Origin: Lingula anatina
Taxonomy: Eukaryota; Animalia; Brachiopoda
Length of the DNA stretch: 64,000 nt
NCBI GenBank assembly: GCA_051362555.1
Contig: CM120640.1
Coordinates: forward strand, 70,348,788-70,412,787
Direction of reading: 5' to 3'
Below are positions 25,861 through 39,200 of this stretch, piece by piece. The translations under genes were made by a program, and so were the position numbers. Position 1 is the first letter of the stretch; every line of letters starts with the position of its first letter. The notes under the pieces are model-generated. The model saw nothing but the letters and a program-made list of their open reading frames with translations. It ran no database searches and was not told where the DNA came from.

Positions 25861-26744
25861 CTCATCTGGAAATATATATATTTTTTCATTTTTGAAATAT
25901 ATATTTTTTGGTTGTAAAAATGAAACACAGTCCAATGTGGATAAAACATTGGAACAATTAATTGCACAATCCTATATTTTTATATTGGAAAATAATTGTA
26001 CATAACTTTCATGATTAATGTTTGAAGTAAAGTGAGTTGTAACAGGTTGTGTTGAGATTATAATAACCATCAATATTAACAGCAGCACTGCAGGGACATG
26101 TTTCCTGTTTCTCAATCATCTCGAGGTTATTGACATTAACAACAGCATGCCTGTGGCCCCATGTCTTCACACCTCCATTGAACAATTCGCTCTAGTTTAC
26201 CTGTTATTTCAATTTCCTCAGATGAAAACCTCTACCTCAGTGACCACACTCTGTTCATCAATACACTTTGTATTCCGCTATTAAGGCAACACATTAAGAG
26301 TATTTCCATAAGGCAGAGAGAAGATGTTTCCAAACACTGTGTTTACTCTCTCCATCTAACTTGCTTTTACTTCACAACATTGTAGCCTTGCTGGTAAATA
26401 TTTGACTAGACTGTAGGATTTACTTTGAAAATAACTGGAGGGCGCTGAATTTGGGCAAACCATGCTGAGAAATATTTTATTAAGTCACAGAGTGCTTCCT
26501 TTAGTTAAAAGTCTATATACTGTTGAACCTTTGGTGTCATACATGCAGTTTAAATTTCGTTCTTCTGATGCAAAGGTTTTTATTTGGAATGCCATCAATT
26601 CATGTCAACCATCATTTTTAGCACTCACAGTATTTTCATTGCCTTGTTTGTTCAAGGAATTTGTTTTATGAGAGTAAAAGGGTCGACCACTCGTATCTTT
26701 CAGGGCAAGTTTCACTTTCCTTTATTTCTTTTGTGATGCGTAAG

Positions 26745-26778
26745 TCTCTCTCTCTCTCGCTCTCTCTCTCTCTCTCAA

Positions 26779-26805
<27 letters not shown>
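26745..26805. repeat. Compound (CT)n(CA)n microsatellite
   Basis: TCTC run followed by ACAC run. Confidence 0.95.
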
Positions 26806-26810
<5 letters not shown>

Positions 26811-29800
26811 GATCACATCCCACTGGTGGCATTTCTCTACAGTAAAATAAAAGTAAGCCTTTCAAGTTAAACTAAAACGATGTGGTCAACTTTGAGACTT
26901 TTTGTACCAATTCCAATTTGATTACCATCTATTGGAGACTGAGAGCAGATTATCACAAGTATTATACAGCCAGCTTTGTCTAATGGAACCTATTGTAAAT
27001 GAAATGGCCAGCCACGTATGCATTTAGTCAAGAGAAATCCGATCGTCTCCAAAGGTATTTTGAAAGGCAATGTTTTTGTCTCGATTTCCTTTCACAGCGG
27101 TTAATTAAGACTTAATTAGTCAAGCCTAAAGGAAGGAGGAGAAAGGACTAAATACAACATTGAACAGTAACAAACAAGGACGTGGACATGTAATATGGAA
27201 ACGCACTGCCGAAATTGTTTGGGGGAAATGACCGCGAAACAAACAAAAAGTGATTACCACAACGACAGCAATTGTCACGTGGATTAGGCGGCCTAATGGA
27301 GTGCACAATCCACGGATTGTTGCCGGGTGTAAATCTAGTTATTGTTGCCCTCCATGAGGCCGACTGGGAAAGGTTCCTCACCACACTCCGAACGGTGGGT
27401 CTAATTACTACATTTACCTGAGCTACTATACACATAAAACTGTTTGTTTGCATTTCAACCCCGCAAAGCCGACGAAGTCCCCCTGAGAAAGACACCAATA
27501 AGAATACCGTTATTTACACCTCGTCCTTGGGATTGCTCTTCGCATAATGCTCTGATTGAGAGTTACGTGATAACGTCTTCAGAAACCGATTATGTGTGGA
27601 GCTTAGGTGAGAAGTTCCACAGAGGGAAACCGACACGCCCCCTTTTCTCTCCAATCTCACAAATTTTTATAGTATTTTGATTTTGTTTGTTTTGCGGCAA
27701 CTTTTGTTAAGAATCGTGAAATGTAACTAACTGCAGTAGTCCGTATGTGCTATAAACCCGATTTCCCAGCATCTTTCAGAGTTTAGTCTCTCGTATACTT
27801 GGATGAAATGTTGCAAGATTGAAATTTATAGTTTATTTTAACGCCGCATACAGCTTTTTTATAGACAAAAGTGCCGTCAGAGAACGTTATAAATGGGACA
27901 TTGCCCCACTGCAATGATAAGTAGGTTCTGGTGCCGTGTATTTCAAGCGCAGTCTGAATTCCATTCACCGAACAGTTGCGTTTTACAATGTTTTTATATG
28001 AACCTTTTTTTTTCAGAAAAAATATTGGGGTGGAATCATTTCCTCTTGCTTTGTCTTTGTTATTTAGCATAGGTTTGGTGTAAATAGGTTTTGCTTTAAA
28101 TATGTGCGTTAAACCCCGTGTGAGATGGAAGTATTGTCCTAACGAACGCCTGTGAGAACTAAGTAGATATTTGGCATATTTAATGCATTTATTTAGACTC
28201 GAAATATTAGTTTCAATCTAGAATCATAATTTTTGAAAAGAAAAAGAATAAAAAACACGAAAAACGATCTCAGATAGAAATACCAATTTCAGGAATCTAG
28301 ACATCCGTTGGCACGTTGCTGAAAGATTCCCGGTGGTAAAGTCGAGATTGACATTTTCATTGAGGAAATGCTATCAGTTTTAGATGACACCATCGCCAAA
28401 GTCTACGATATGCAGAGGTTATGTTTACTCATTTTATATTGCTGGCATGTTAGAAAAGAGATACCTTCACGACATTGGCAAAATAAAAACGATGCCAAGT
28501 TCATTCATGTCATCGATGCCCTTTATAGCCTTTTTGCAGCGACGTCACACGGGACAGAAAGTGCCACAGTCCTTCGCAAAGGTATTATTACACTGTGTAA
28601 TTTTTATTATTTTAACCTTCAGTTTCTCCGTGTCTAATTCAAAATGTGATAAGTGATAGCAATTATGAAAAGGTTGATACTCGAAGTTATTACAGGTCTC
28701 TTTTAACTTGTTGGTAGTTGCCTGATCGTGGATTGGTGAAGTTTTAAAGACTATTTACTCATTCATTTATTAAGCTTTATCACCTGAAGTGATATTGCTG
28801 TCAAATTATGACGTCATGTGTACAGGGTCTATAGGGTGTATGATTACGTGCCATATAGGCTTGCCACCCACGAGTTTTATGTGGAACGGTGGTCCAAAGC
28901 TAATGCAATCTATTCTAATTCAAGAACAATAATGTCTTGACGTCATTTTAAAGTCGCCGACATAATGAACTACGTGCCCCCCTTATCCCCCTTCTCCATT
29001 GAAAAAGAAAAAGAAACAGTAACACAGTGAAAAAAAAGTGCGCACACAAATATATCAAGGTCGGTGTCACGCCTCAGCGTGGTGATTCTTGTTCTTGTGT
29101 CAAATATGATCAGTTCAGTGTCTGTGTTGATACTCATTTCGGATGGTTGAGTTGGGTCCACATCCTTGATCGTGATGTGTTTAACTTGTCACTGAGATAT
29201 ATATCCATTGTTCTTAGGCAAAAAAAAAAAAAAGAACATTGGTGTTGATTGTGAAAAATATGAGACAATGACAAACGCTAAGGATGAATTGGTAAAATTT
29301 TGATTATCGTTTTAATATCAAGGGTTATTTCTTACACCAAGCGACTTTTTTATTTTACATTACTAATTAGTCAACAATTTACACAACTTTTTGCGAGTCC
29401 GTGGATTCTTAGTGTGCCCCCCCTCCCCCCTCCAGTCCCCACCTGTTCTCACCCCTTGCCTTGTCCATACTTGGCGGAAGTGTTGACTTTTGGTATGTAT
29501 CTTTCCTGGCGAAAAATTTGAATTTTCCATCACTTAATGTTTTTTAAAGATCTGTTTATATGGGTTATATTTGGACATCCTGTTCTCCGTGCGTGTCCCT
29601 ACGGAACGTGCTGTAACATTAGACTCTCGCCGGCAGTGGGGATCTAGAACAGAAAACGAAAAGAGAGAACAACCTGGCCTTATAAGGTCCTTGCAAGCTG
29701 ATGCCATATACATGTATGTGCAGTTTTTCTAAATAAAAACAAAATAAGACTAGTTAAATAGAATAGTTCTACTTGTCATGATAGACCTGTCAACCGACCC

Positions 29801-30924
29801 ATCGTTATTTTCTAATAGTTTAGATTAATTGATGTTAAGAAATGGCATGATTTGAGTTTGCATTGGCCTCTTCAAGTTTACCTATTTAATAAACTTCAAA
29901 TATTCTTGATAGTCTTGAAATAATGCTATGGAACATGAATATATTTAGAATACTTGCAATTTCCCACCGACGGATTGAGGTAAAGATCGGATCTTTTTTG
30001 TCATCGGGGATATCTGTCAATATAACTAAATCTGCCTTGAAAATTGACTGTTGCCCTGAATCGCAGAATTAACAGAGTCGCTGCATTGAACCCATCTTAT
30101 TATTTATTTCATTTACTGCCAGTCATTAACAATTTTTAAAAAATAAGCCGCTAGTGAACAAATAATTCATTATATACTCGAAGTCACACATTTCATCTCA
30201 ATGAGCAGCTTTGCGTTCAGCGCGTGCGAACGCCGTCCACCTCCCAAAGAGAAGTTCGGCAATTGTTCATAAAATTCTCAAATCATTCCGCAGACTTCCT
30301 GTTCTTTGGCTTATCTGATAAATTCTTGTGAATAAGATTTACAACATTTCATTTATTCGTGACATTTTGACCTATACTATCCAGTGCGTTTGAAAGTACT
30401 CGAGAAAAACGTCAGTTGCAATCTTTAAAAAATATAGGCTACTTTTCGTCCCCGTAGTGAGGACATAACTTTATGAAATGTGGCATTTACTTCACCTAAG
30501 GTGTTTGATAGAATTTAATTGATAATTTTCCCATGTAAGAATTTATTTGCCGTTTTATTCAATTGTTGTCATTATCCAAAGAACTTGCAAAAATGATGTA
30601 ACTAACCTACCGCTATTAACGTTTTCTTAGTTTCTGGGCACACAATTTGCGCATAAAATGAAAAGACCAAATTTTTATAAAAACAGGGAGAAGAATATTT
30701 TAAAGACCAGACATCTAAAGGTGCGATGAATATAGCAACAAGATAAGGTAACAATCGTTAGTACTAAGTGACTTGGAGTGAAAACGTTCTAATCCTAGCA
30801 CGTCAACTATTTTAAGATAAGTTCCGTCAAGCGTTTTACATGATCCTTAAAGAATGCATTTTAGGTTGATTAATTCACAAGTCGGATGCGTGGAATTCGG
30901 CAAGTTGCGTGTTCTCTCTCCTCT

Positions 30925-31184
30925 CTTTCGATTGGTCTTTTATCAGTTTTATTGGTTCGTTTAATCGGGAGCGCGTTTACCGAAATCCCAAAACTAATTT
31001 CATGACCTTATCGTGTTGTTCTGTAGCAACCCAGCTTACCGTTTGGAAGATTGTTGTTGCTTGCTTTACAATCCAGAACTGATTTATTCGGTGGTTGTTG
31101 TGAATGGGTGTGCGAAATTGTTTGAGTTTGAGCTGAATTGATTGAGATGAAAAAGGTGGTCTACGTCTAGGTTGCGAGGTGAGT
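30925..31184 (+). promoter_or_regulatory. Putative upstream promoter and non-coding first exon
   Basis: Two inverted CCAAT boxes (ATTGG at 30931 and 30951), CpG-rich context, strong donor GAG|GTGAGT after 31178; candidate acceptor TTTTCATCTCTTTTGCAG ending at 31987. Confidence 0.4.
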
Positions 31185-32894
31185 GAACTGAAGTCAGTTC
31201 ATGTCAACAATCAGGTGCGGCGACAGAACAGCTCTCAAACTGCTCTCAAAATCAACGAAAATTAGATAATGTTCATTCATTAAAACAAAAAAGTTCCTGC
31301 GTAAATAATGATCAAAAGTTAAAGAAACACGAAGTTATCTTTCCCCACTATTTTTGGTTTGATCAATGTCTCTCTCTCTCTGAAACAACTGCTACAGACA
31401 ACGCGGCTTCTTTTTTTAAGTTTCGACTTTTAACACAAGTTATAGCGTTTTATACAAGCATATTATTCTACTAATTGTTTTAGTTCGTAATGTGTACTTT
31501 TGAAAAGTTTAAGTCAAAAGGGAATGGTGAGTGATTGCAAAAGCTCGGTACACATTAAGCTTACGTAGACAAATTAATGAGCACGGGTCAGCGTCGTCAC
31601 CTTGTGCCCTTTGAAAGTTTTACTTCTGTTGACCGTGGTATTACCTGCTTGAAATTTTTGATTACCTGTCTGAACTTAGGGACTTAGGGTTTTAATGCAT
31701 TGTAACTGATTACTGTTTAAAAATCAATAAAAGAAACGGGGCATAAAACACGAATCGAGATCGGCAAGTCCGCGAACGCCAAAACAGCCGCCCACAGGAA
31801 CGCAAGGCGATTGCGCATTATGCTGGCGCAAATTTAAATTAGTCTAAATATGTTCTTAAGGGGGGGAAAAATGCAAAATTTGCATGAGCAAAGAAGGTAC
31901 CGAAAAAAAAAATGATTACTGAATAAGAGTATGGTATGACTTATTTATACTGAAAAATAATTGATGTCCTTTTCATCTCTTTTGCAGGCAGATAAAATGA
32001 CGCGACAATAATTACTTCATAAGCTTTACATTAAAATAATTCTAGAAGACGTAGCATGGGGATTTTAATTGCAATGAATTCTGATTAGCCAGTGATTGGA
32101 GGCAAGACGCCCAGTTTTTCAAGAGAAAATGAATTTTGTAGCCTGCGAAACAAGAGGACAGGATAAAGGAATTTGTTGTTCTACGATCGCTCTAGAGGAG
32201 AGACCGCCAAAAATCTTTTTATATTTTAGCGCGAGTTGAATTCTTTTACTTTATACCCCGTGTCACACTCGCCATTCATGAAACTAAGATCATAGAATAC
32301 CGCAACATGGCCCTTAAATTCTATTTATAGCATTCCAACTCGGCAACTTGATTTATTGAATGCGGAGTTGAGCATACATTATCGTGCAGTGCAAACAGTT
32401 ATGCTAATTATTTACAATACGGCCATGTAAACAAATAGCCGATGAAAGCACCTTTTGAGCTTTATTTCAAATTTAGGTCCTTTGTCGTCCATGAAAGTCC
32501 TGTTTATTCGTGCATAAATACGTCCTGCCCTCTTGCTCTCTTTGAGACTTTGTGTACTTTGAGATATAGAAAGAATGCATCGGAATGTAGGTCGCCGGAG
32601 AACATGCTGGCACTAAAAAACTGTAAAATTCGATCCTGGTTACATATGTATGTAAAAAAAGTGTGCTGTAGTTGGTGTGTTTGATATGTCGGCAATTTTA
32701 CAGTAGACCTCAATGGGTACATTCGTCTGTTTTGAATATGAGCATCAGAAGTAATGTTGACTTTTGTGGTGGGAGTGGGGGGGGGGGGGGGCTCCATAGA
32801 AACAATCCTAAAGGAATGAAGTACGAATCTCTATAAATTGCCATTGTGAGATTTCCTAAATCTTTTCTCAGCTTTGGATCTCCACTTGTTCTCA

Positions 32895-33246
32895 GTAGTG
32901 ACGCAATATGAGTCAAATCTATCGTGTAGAATTTCATTTTGGGGCACCAGACAGGTTGCATACCAGCACAGGTCATTGTGAATGACAACAATCACAGCCG
33001 TCAGTCAAACGGCATGATTGGCAGGGTGGGCGGGACTTAAGCGCGACCACCCTTTTGTGTGCCTGGCATATAACCGAGACATTGGTCGGCAAGCACTCGA
33101 AGAAGTAACACCAACAGAATCTGTATTCCGACCAGTCAATCACAAACTCACTGAATCTACCTCACATCGACTGAACTACAACTTTTGCGACCCACAAGGA
33201 ACATCACCAAGTTATTTTCATTCGGACGATTCACTTATCAAGCAAA
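32895..33246 (+). promoter_or_regulatory. Cyclin D proximal promoter and 5' UTR
   Basis: TGACGCAA (32899), AP-1 TGAGTCA (32909-32915), inverted CCAAT (33017), GC/E2F-like GGGCGGGA (33028-33035), TATA-like CATATAA (33067-33073); start context GCAAAATGG. Confidence 0.5.
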
Positions 33247-36200
33247 ATGGAAGAGGAATTGCTGTGTTGTGAGAGTGGCGTTGAGACATTCGAAAATATC
33301 AAGCGGGCTTATGAAGATCCAGTTTTGTTAAAAGACAACCGAGTGCTAGAAACTTTACTGAGAACTGAGGAAAGATATTTACCTTCTGCTTCATACTTTA
33401 AATGCGTACAGACAGACATTAAGCCATTCATGAGAAAAATGGTTGCAACGTGGATGCTTGAGGTATGACCTATCAACAAGTGGAGTGCATTGAATATTTT
33501 TATGTATCGCATTTAAAAGTAAAAAAGAAATATTTCTACCTCGAATTGGCGATTTTTATAAAATACACCTGTTAGCCTATGGATTTGTGAATACGACATA
33601 CTTTAATTTAAACCTCTAAATTGAAAATTGACATTTTTTCTAAAATATCCTATTTGAAGGCGCTAGTCGGAGTGCGCCACAAAATGGCGTGTCGGGAAGA
33701 GGGTCATCTACTTTAAATCTCCCATTTGACACTTTCTCGATTTTTAATTTATATTTTTAGTTATAAAATAATTAGAAGTGAGAAAGGGGTTTATAAAAAC
33801 GTTACTTTCATATATGTACATGATTGTAGCGATTTGATGTTGAATTTTTATTTCCGTGGAATTTCGTCACTAGGAGCCACTTGGAAATGGGTTCCGACTT
33901 AATGCCTTGAAGCTAAAAAGATAGCAGTCGTAGGGTTCCAGGTGTTCTCTTTTCCTTTCTTAATGTTCTTCAAGATGCTGTCGTTTGAAAATTGGACATT
34001 AATGTGGATGTTATGGTATTTTTGACGAATTTATTAATCGATAAATGCAAGGCTTCAGTGGTGGGAACGCGTTTTCTCGAGATTTCCAAAGGGGGTGTTT
34101 TCAGCAATCTTGTAAAAAAGTAATTAAAATGTTTCAAATTGTATTTAAATTGCACTGGTAATTAAGTGCAGTCATGGGTCAATGCAATTTTCTCATATTT
34201 GTAAAGATTTGACTTTTTGTGCAATTTCTATGAATATTATCTGAAGCTCGTCGGCTCAAAGTCGGCACCGGAAAAAGGCATTACCTTGTAACACAGGAAG
34301 TCGACAGTTAAAATTCTAGAGACAGTCGCGCTTCCCGCGTTTAGAATCGTTAAATTTAATAACTCTAACACTGATGCGCGATTATTAGAACGATTATTTG
34401 CATTAAAATCAATTTTTCATCATTTTTTTGCAAATATCTGCAGAAGTTGCGTTTTGCACGCGGGTGCTGGAATTTGATGACGCAGACAGGTGGCTAGCTA
34501 TGCATGGCTGGCCAGGACGACTGACTCGTAATGCAGGAGGCAATTGTTGAAATTTTCATATTTCATTTTTGGATTTTTTTTAGGTTTGCGAGGAACAGAA
34601 GTGTGAAGAGGAAGTCTTTCCATTATCCATGAACTACTTGGACAGATTCTTATCCATAGTGAACACAAGGAAAAACAGACTACAGTTGCTGGGAGCTGCA
34701 TGCATGTTTCTGGCATCAAAGTTAAAAGAAACAATTCCACTGACTGCAGAAAAAATTGTTATCTACACAGACAATTCCATATCCTATCAAGAACTTCTGG
34801 TACATATAATTTCATACTGATATTTGTGTGATGTTCATGCTAGATTAACCATCAGAGTTGTACCGAGTGCTGTGTGGGTATCGAACCCATAACAATGGGT
34901 GCTTGAAAAGTGAGATTTACAGTCCATGAAAATCTGTGGGAAAGTTTTATTGGGATCCAAACTTGTAAAATCCAAATTGAATGTAGATTGTTGTTATGCA
35001 CTTCCCCTTGCTCACAACTGTCTGAGTCACAAGACGCAGACGGCGATGGGGAAAGGGAGGGGGGGATGAAAATTATCCAGCCGTTTAATATACATTAAAA
35101 AGATCAAGGAGTACATCTCTAGCCAAACCAACAATTTTGGCATAAGTAGTCCATGCTTTGTTTGTAAACTATTTACAGGAAAATCTCTTGTATTCATTTT
35201 CACCAGGTAATTCTGATTAACAGTAGCCAATTTCTGGAACTAGCTCTTATCAGATGGAAAAAGTATCATTTTTCTTTTGATTATTGTAAATGTATCAGTT
35301 TTACCACCATTATAATGTTAATGTCGGAGTCTCCCAAAAACTGTGTGGACTTATCTGAGAAAGTATTTTATAGCTGTTCCACCTTGAAATTTTCATAAAT
35401 TATCACATAAAACCCATCAGTGGGAGTCTCTAGGACCCGGGGCATGGGCCCTATCAAGTTGCATGTTTTAGGAATTTAAAACACTTGCGATCTCCAGAGT
35501 GGAGTCCTGTGGGAAAGTGATAGCTGTGTTTATGTTAGATTATCATAGCTCACACACTTGGTGACCTGTTGGTGTTAATAATTAAATAGCAACTTAATTA
35601 CTCAGATTATGAGCAGCAAATCAGTTCAGAACCTTGGCATGTGGACATAATGTTATTATCAGTTTTTGACAAGAAGTGTCAAAAAATGAAGTTGATGTTT
35701 AGTGTTTGCTTTTTTATTTTGTAGGACTTGGAATTGTTAGTATTACAGAAACTAAAATGGGACTTGTCGGCTGTCACCCCACATGATTTCTTGGAACAAA
35801 TTTTAAGTCGACTACCAATTGACAGAGAAAAAGCTACGGTGATGAAGCGACATGCTCAGACGTTCATTGCTTTGTGTGCCACAGGTAAGACAGGAATGTC
35901 GCTTATTTTTATGTGCTACGATTGCGTGGTGTGAACTTAGAGAACAGCTAGTCATGTGAATGGAGACCAGGCTGTCTACAGGGATTGGTGGGATGTGAAT
36001 ATCGTCTGTGTGAACATTTTTCTCGAGGCTGATAAGCCACTGTTTGGCTTGACCTAAAGGCTATCTTGCATGTTATCTGTGTTAGTGATGCCAGGTAAAC
36101 ATGCAGTATAAAGGAATGTTTATATCCTGACAACAGCCATTTAATAATACAGGATCAGAGGTAGCACTACTTTGTCTGTATCTGGGTGCCAAGGCCCTGC

Positions 36201-39200
36201 CCCCAGGGGTGGCTGAACAGAGCAGGGGGCACCTGCTGCATACTTTTCTATTAAGGGTTGAATCTGGTAAGTTGGTGGTAGGGCTGTTTCAAAGACCAAA
36301 AGTGTACTTTTTATGTAAGACCAGCAGTGCACAGTGCGCGGGGCACAGTACGCGGGGCTAAATGGCCTCTTTTCATCAGCTTTGATTGGTGGTCTACCTT
36401 GCTTAGAAGTTATGAATGGGAAAACAGGATTCCTAATGTGATGCCTTAGTTTGCTAAATTTCATTTCTTTACAACTGCACTGGAAGGGTATGATAACTTC
36501 TTTAAAGAATGGCCAAGTGAGTGCTGAATAGAACAGACTATTTGATTTAATTAAATTTCACTGACCCTGAAGTTGTGTTATTTTGGGGGGTTGAAGGGTT
36601 CTGGTATGTTCTTTGCATAGGCTAATTTGTGGCATGAGGGAATGCCTCATTTGCAAAAGAAAAGCTTTCTGGGGGTTATATACGATACCACAATCAGGAG
36701 TTACAAGGTACATATTCAAATGTGCACTTAGTATAAACTGTGCATTACAAAGCTGGTTGGTCACATTGAAGAAACCTGTGTGTTTGTGGATACACAAAAG
36801 CCAGAATTAACTTCTGAATGGAGAAAATTAAAAAGGATTGAAAAAATTCAGGAACAAGTGTACGCTGTAGGTTAAGTGAATGAAAATGATTACAGTGAAA
36901 TTTGAGTGGCACAAGTATTGTGAGGCCTGCGGTGAAAGAATTCTGTATTTTTCTAGCGGTGCACTTTATTGCTTTTCTCTTAGATATTTGTAGACAAAAC
37001 ATAGTATTCAGAGTAGGGAACGGGGCACCCATTCACAAGCTACGCTTACCGTGCTTTGAACTTGTGCTTTTAATAAGCAGTCTAGCTATGTAGAATGCAC
37101 TGACTGAGGGTTTAGTGGCCTCAAAAGAGAAATGTTGTTGCACTTGAAAGTCTAAGATGCTGGTCACTGATAACCTTACTGGCTTAAAACACGTGAACAC
37201 TTCCTTCTTTGTCTTCTTAAAACTTGGCTTCTTAATGGTTAAAGTGAAAGATGGATTAGGAGTGTGTGCAAACTTTTTTCCTTTGTTAAACTGGAAGCCC
37301 AAATTATACTTCTAGAAACTTGTAGGCTTGCATACTCACAGAACAACCCGTGGGGGTTTATTATCATTCCTAAACCATTGTAGAACCTGTGTCCTTTTAC
37401 AGTGTTTAAGAAATACTATCTCCGCGTGGTTACTGTCTGGTGTTGTTCATTCATGTTGGTAACAATACCTTTGTTTACTGCTCCCCTAGCGCTGTGTCAC
37501 CATGTCAGCACATCGCTATTAGAATAAAAAATCTATGTTGTGACTGGGTTGTTTAACGGAACTTGAGAAGGGTGAAGAGTCAACGAATCCAGTTGCCATT
37601 GGAATGCTGGAACTTATCTTGTGTGTGCTGCCATCTAGAGGTGAAACTTCTGCCACCCTGCCGTCTGCGTTATCTGTTACTGTAAATCAGATTAACAGAA
37701 GGAAATGAAGCTCATATGCACACTACCACTTGTTGCTAAGCGGCATGCAGAGAATGCTAAATGGTAGTAGGATGTCATTTCACAGTAAGTGTAGCAGGCT
37801 CTGTCAGAAAGCTGTAAGGAAACATTAATTCATGGCGGATGCTGAAATGAGCTGATTCAGTATAAGTAAAGGAAGAAAAAAAATGGTAGGCTTCTTCAGC
37901 GCCTTAATTTTTTACATCGGAAGAGGAAGATGGCGTAACACGACCTGTGGCCTATGAAGGTTCTGCGTTTTGTTATCTCCAGTAAATACACAGTGTGTGA
38001 CTATCTTAGTACAAAGAAACCTGGTTGTAACAGATGTTAGAACTCCAGAGGTGGCCTATGGCAGCTGCAGGGAGTCAGCAGCTGGGATCTTCCTATTGTT
38101 TATCAACAGCCATGTCATTACACAGTGCGAGTATTCAGCTCCCTCAGCCTAGCCTAATGAGGGGCACGTGCCTACAGATAAACTGTCATGCAAAGGTACT
38201 ACCCTGAGTTCTGTGCCCACGGAACCATGCGACAGATGTTTCTAACCTTTTTGTCACAGCTTACTTCTTGAAATAGTTTTCTTTTCTTTGTTGCGTTGTA
38301 TTATACAATTTCAACTGTAGAAAAGCATACCAGAGTGGTGCGGGGCACCCAGGCTTGAACTCCCTCAAGGACGAGAGAACGTCCAGAATGAGATTATGTT
38401 AGAACTGTACATTTATGATTTGGATACTTAGATATATAGATAATATTTATGAGAGTTTACAAGATGTACTTCATATGCTCCATCGGCACTTCTTTACCCC
38501 GTGAAGCATGGTGCGCGAGGAGACCATTGTGGCCCCCTTTCACTTCATTGCCCCGGCTATTGAGAGATCAAGTCCTGTAACGTTATCACCTCTTTCATAG
38601 GAAAGAAAATGTGAATTAAAAATAAACACGGAAAACAAGTGGTTTTGTGTTGGTGCGGTAGGTTGGTCCAGAATAGTCGGCCACAGAGAAGGGGGTCTAT
38701 CCTCATGAGTAGTGTGGTAGGTCTGAAGAAATTAGCACTGAAAACAGAAGCAAGCTGCCTCAGAAAACTTGGCTAGGCAGATGATTTTTTTTCCTATTTA
38801 GAAAATAAATGTGTTTATTTTAGTACATTTCCCTTATCTCCAGTCGGCCACGGTTGGTAACCATGAATAGTTGCTGCTAACCCGAGCTGTGTACAAGCAT
38901 GCTGTTGACTTGTCCGCAAGCGGAAATCATTTTTTCCAGTAGCGGCAGGTGATGGTCACGGCTGAAAGGAGCTGCAGTCATAGGAAGGCTTTTTACCAGA
39001 CTGATAGCTTGAAATATGTGCTGGCTGCATCCACACCGCATTGTGAAAAGACATTAGAATGTAAAATGAAATGTGTTTTTAAAGAGATTAAGTTAATTGT
39101 TAAAGTGTAGTGTTTGGGCACGGCCTCTAACCTGGACTTGATTATAGTGGGGACTCCTTCACCTAGTGCACCTGCCGCCCGAGGAATGTTAACGCCCTGC

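Noticed and set aside
29570-29660. Possible structured ncRNA (CTGTTCT...AGAACAG and TCCGT...ACGGA pairings)
   Set aside because: Short pairings only; no tRNA, snRNA or snoRNA boxes or Pol III terminator recognised.
33018-33272. 84-aa ORF overlapping the cyclin D start as a regulatory uORF
   Set aside because: Begins at a TTG in the promoter, probably upstream of the transcription start; no in-frame ATG.
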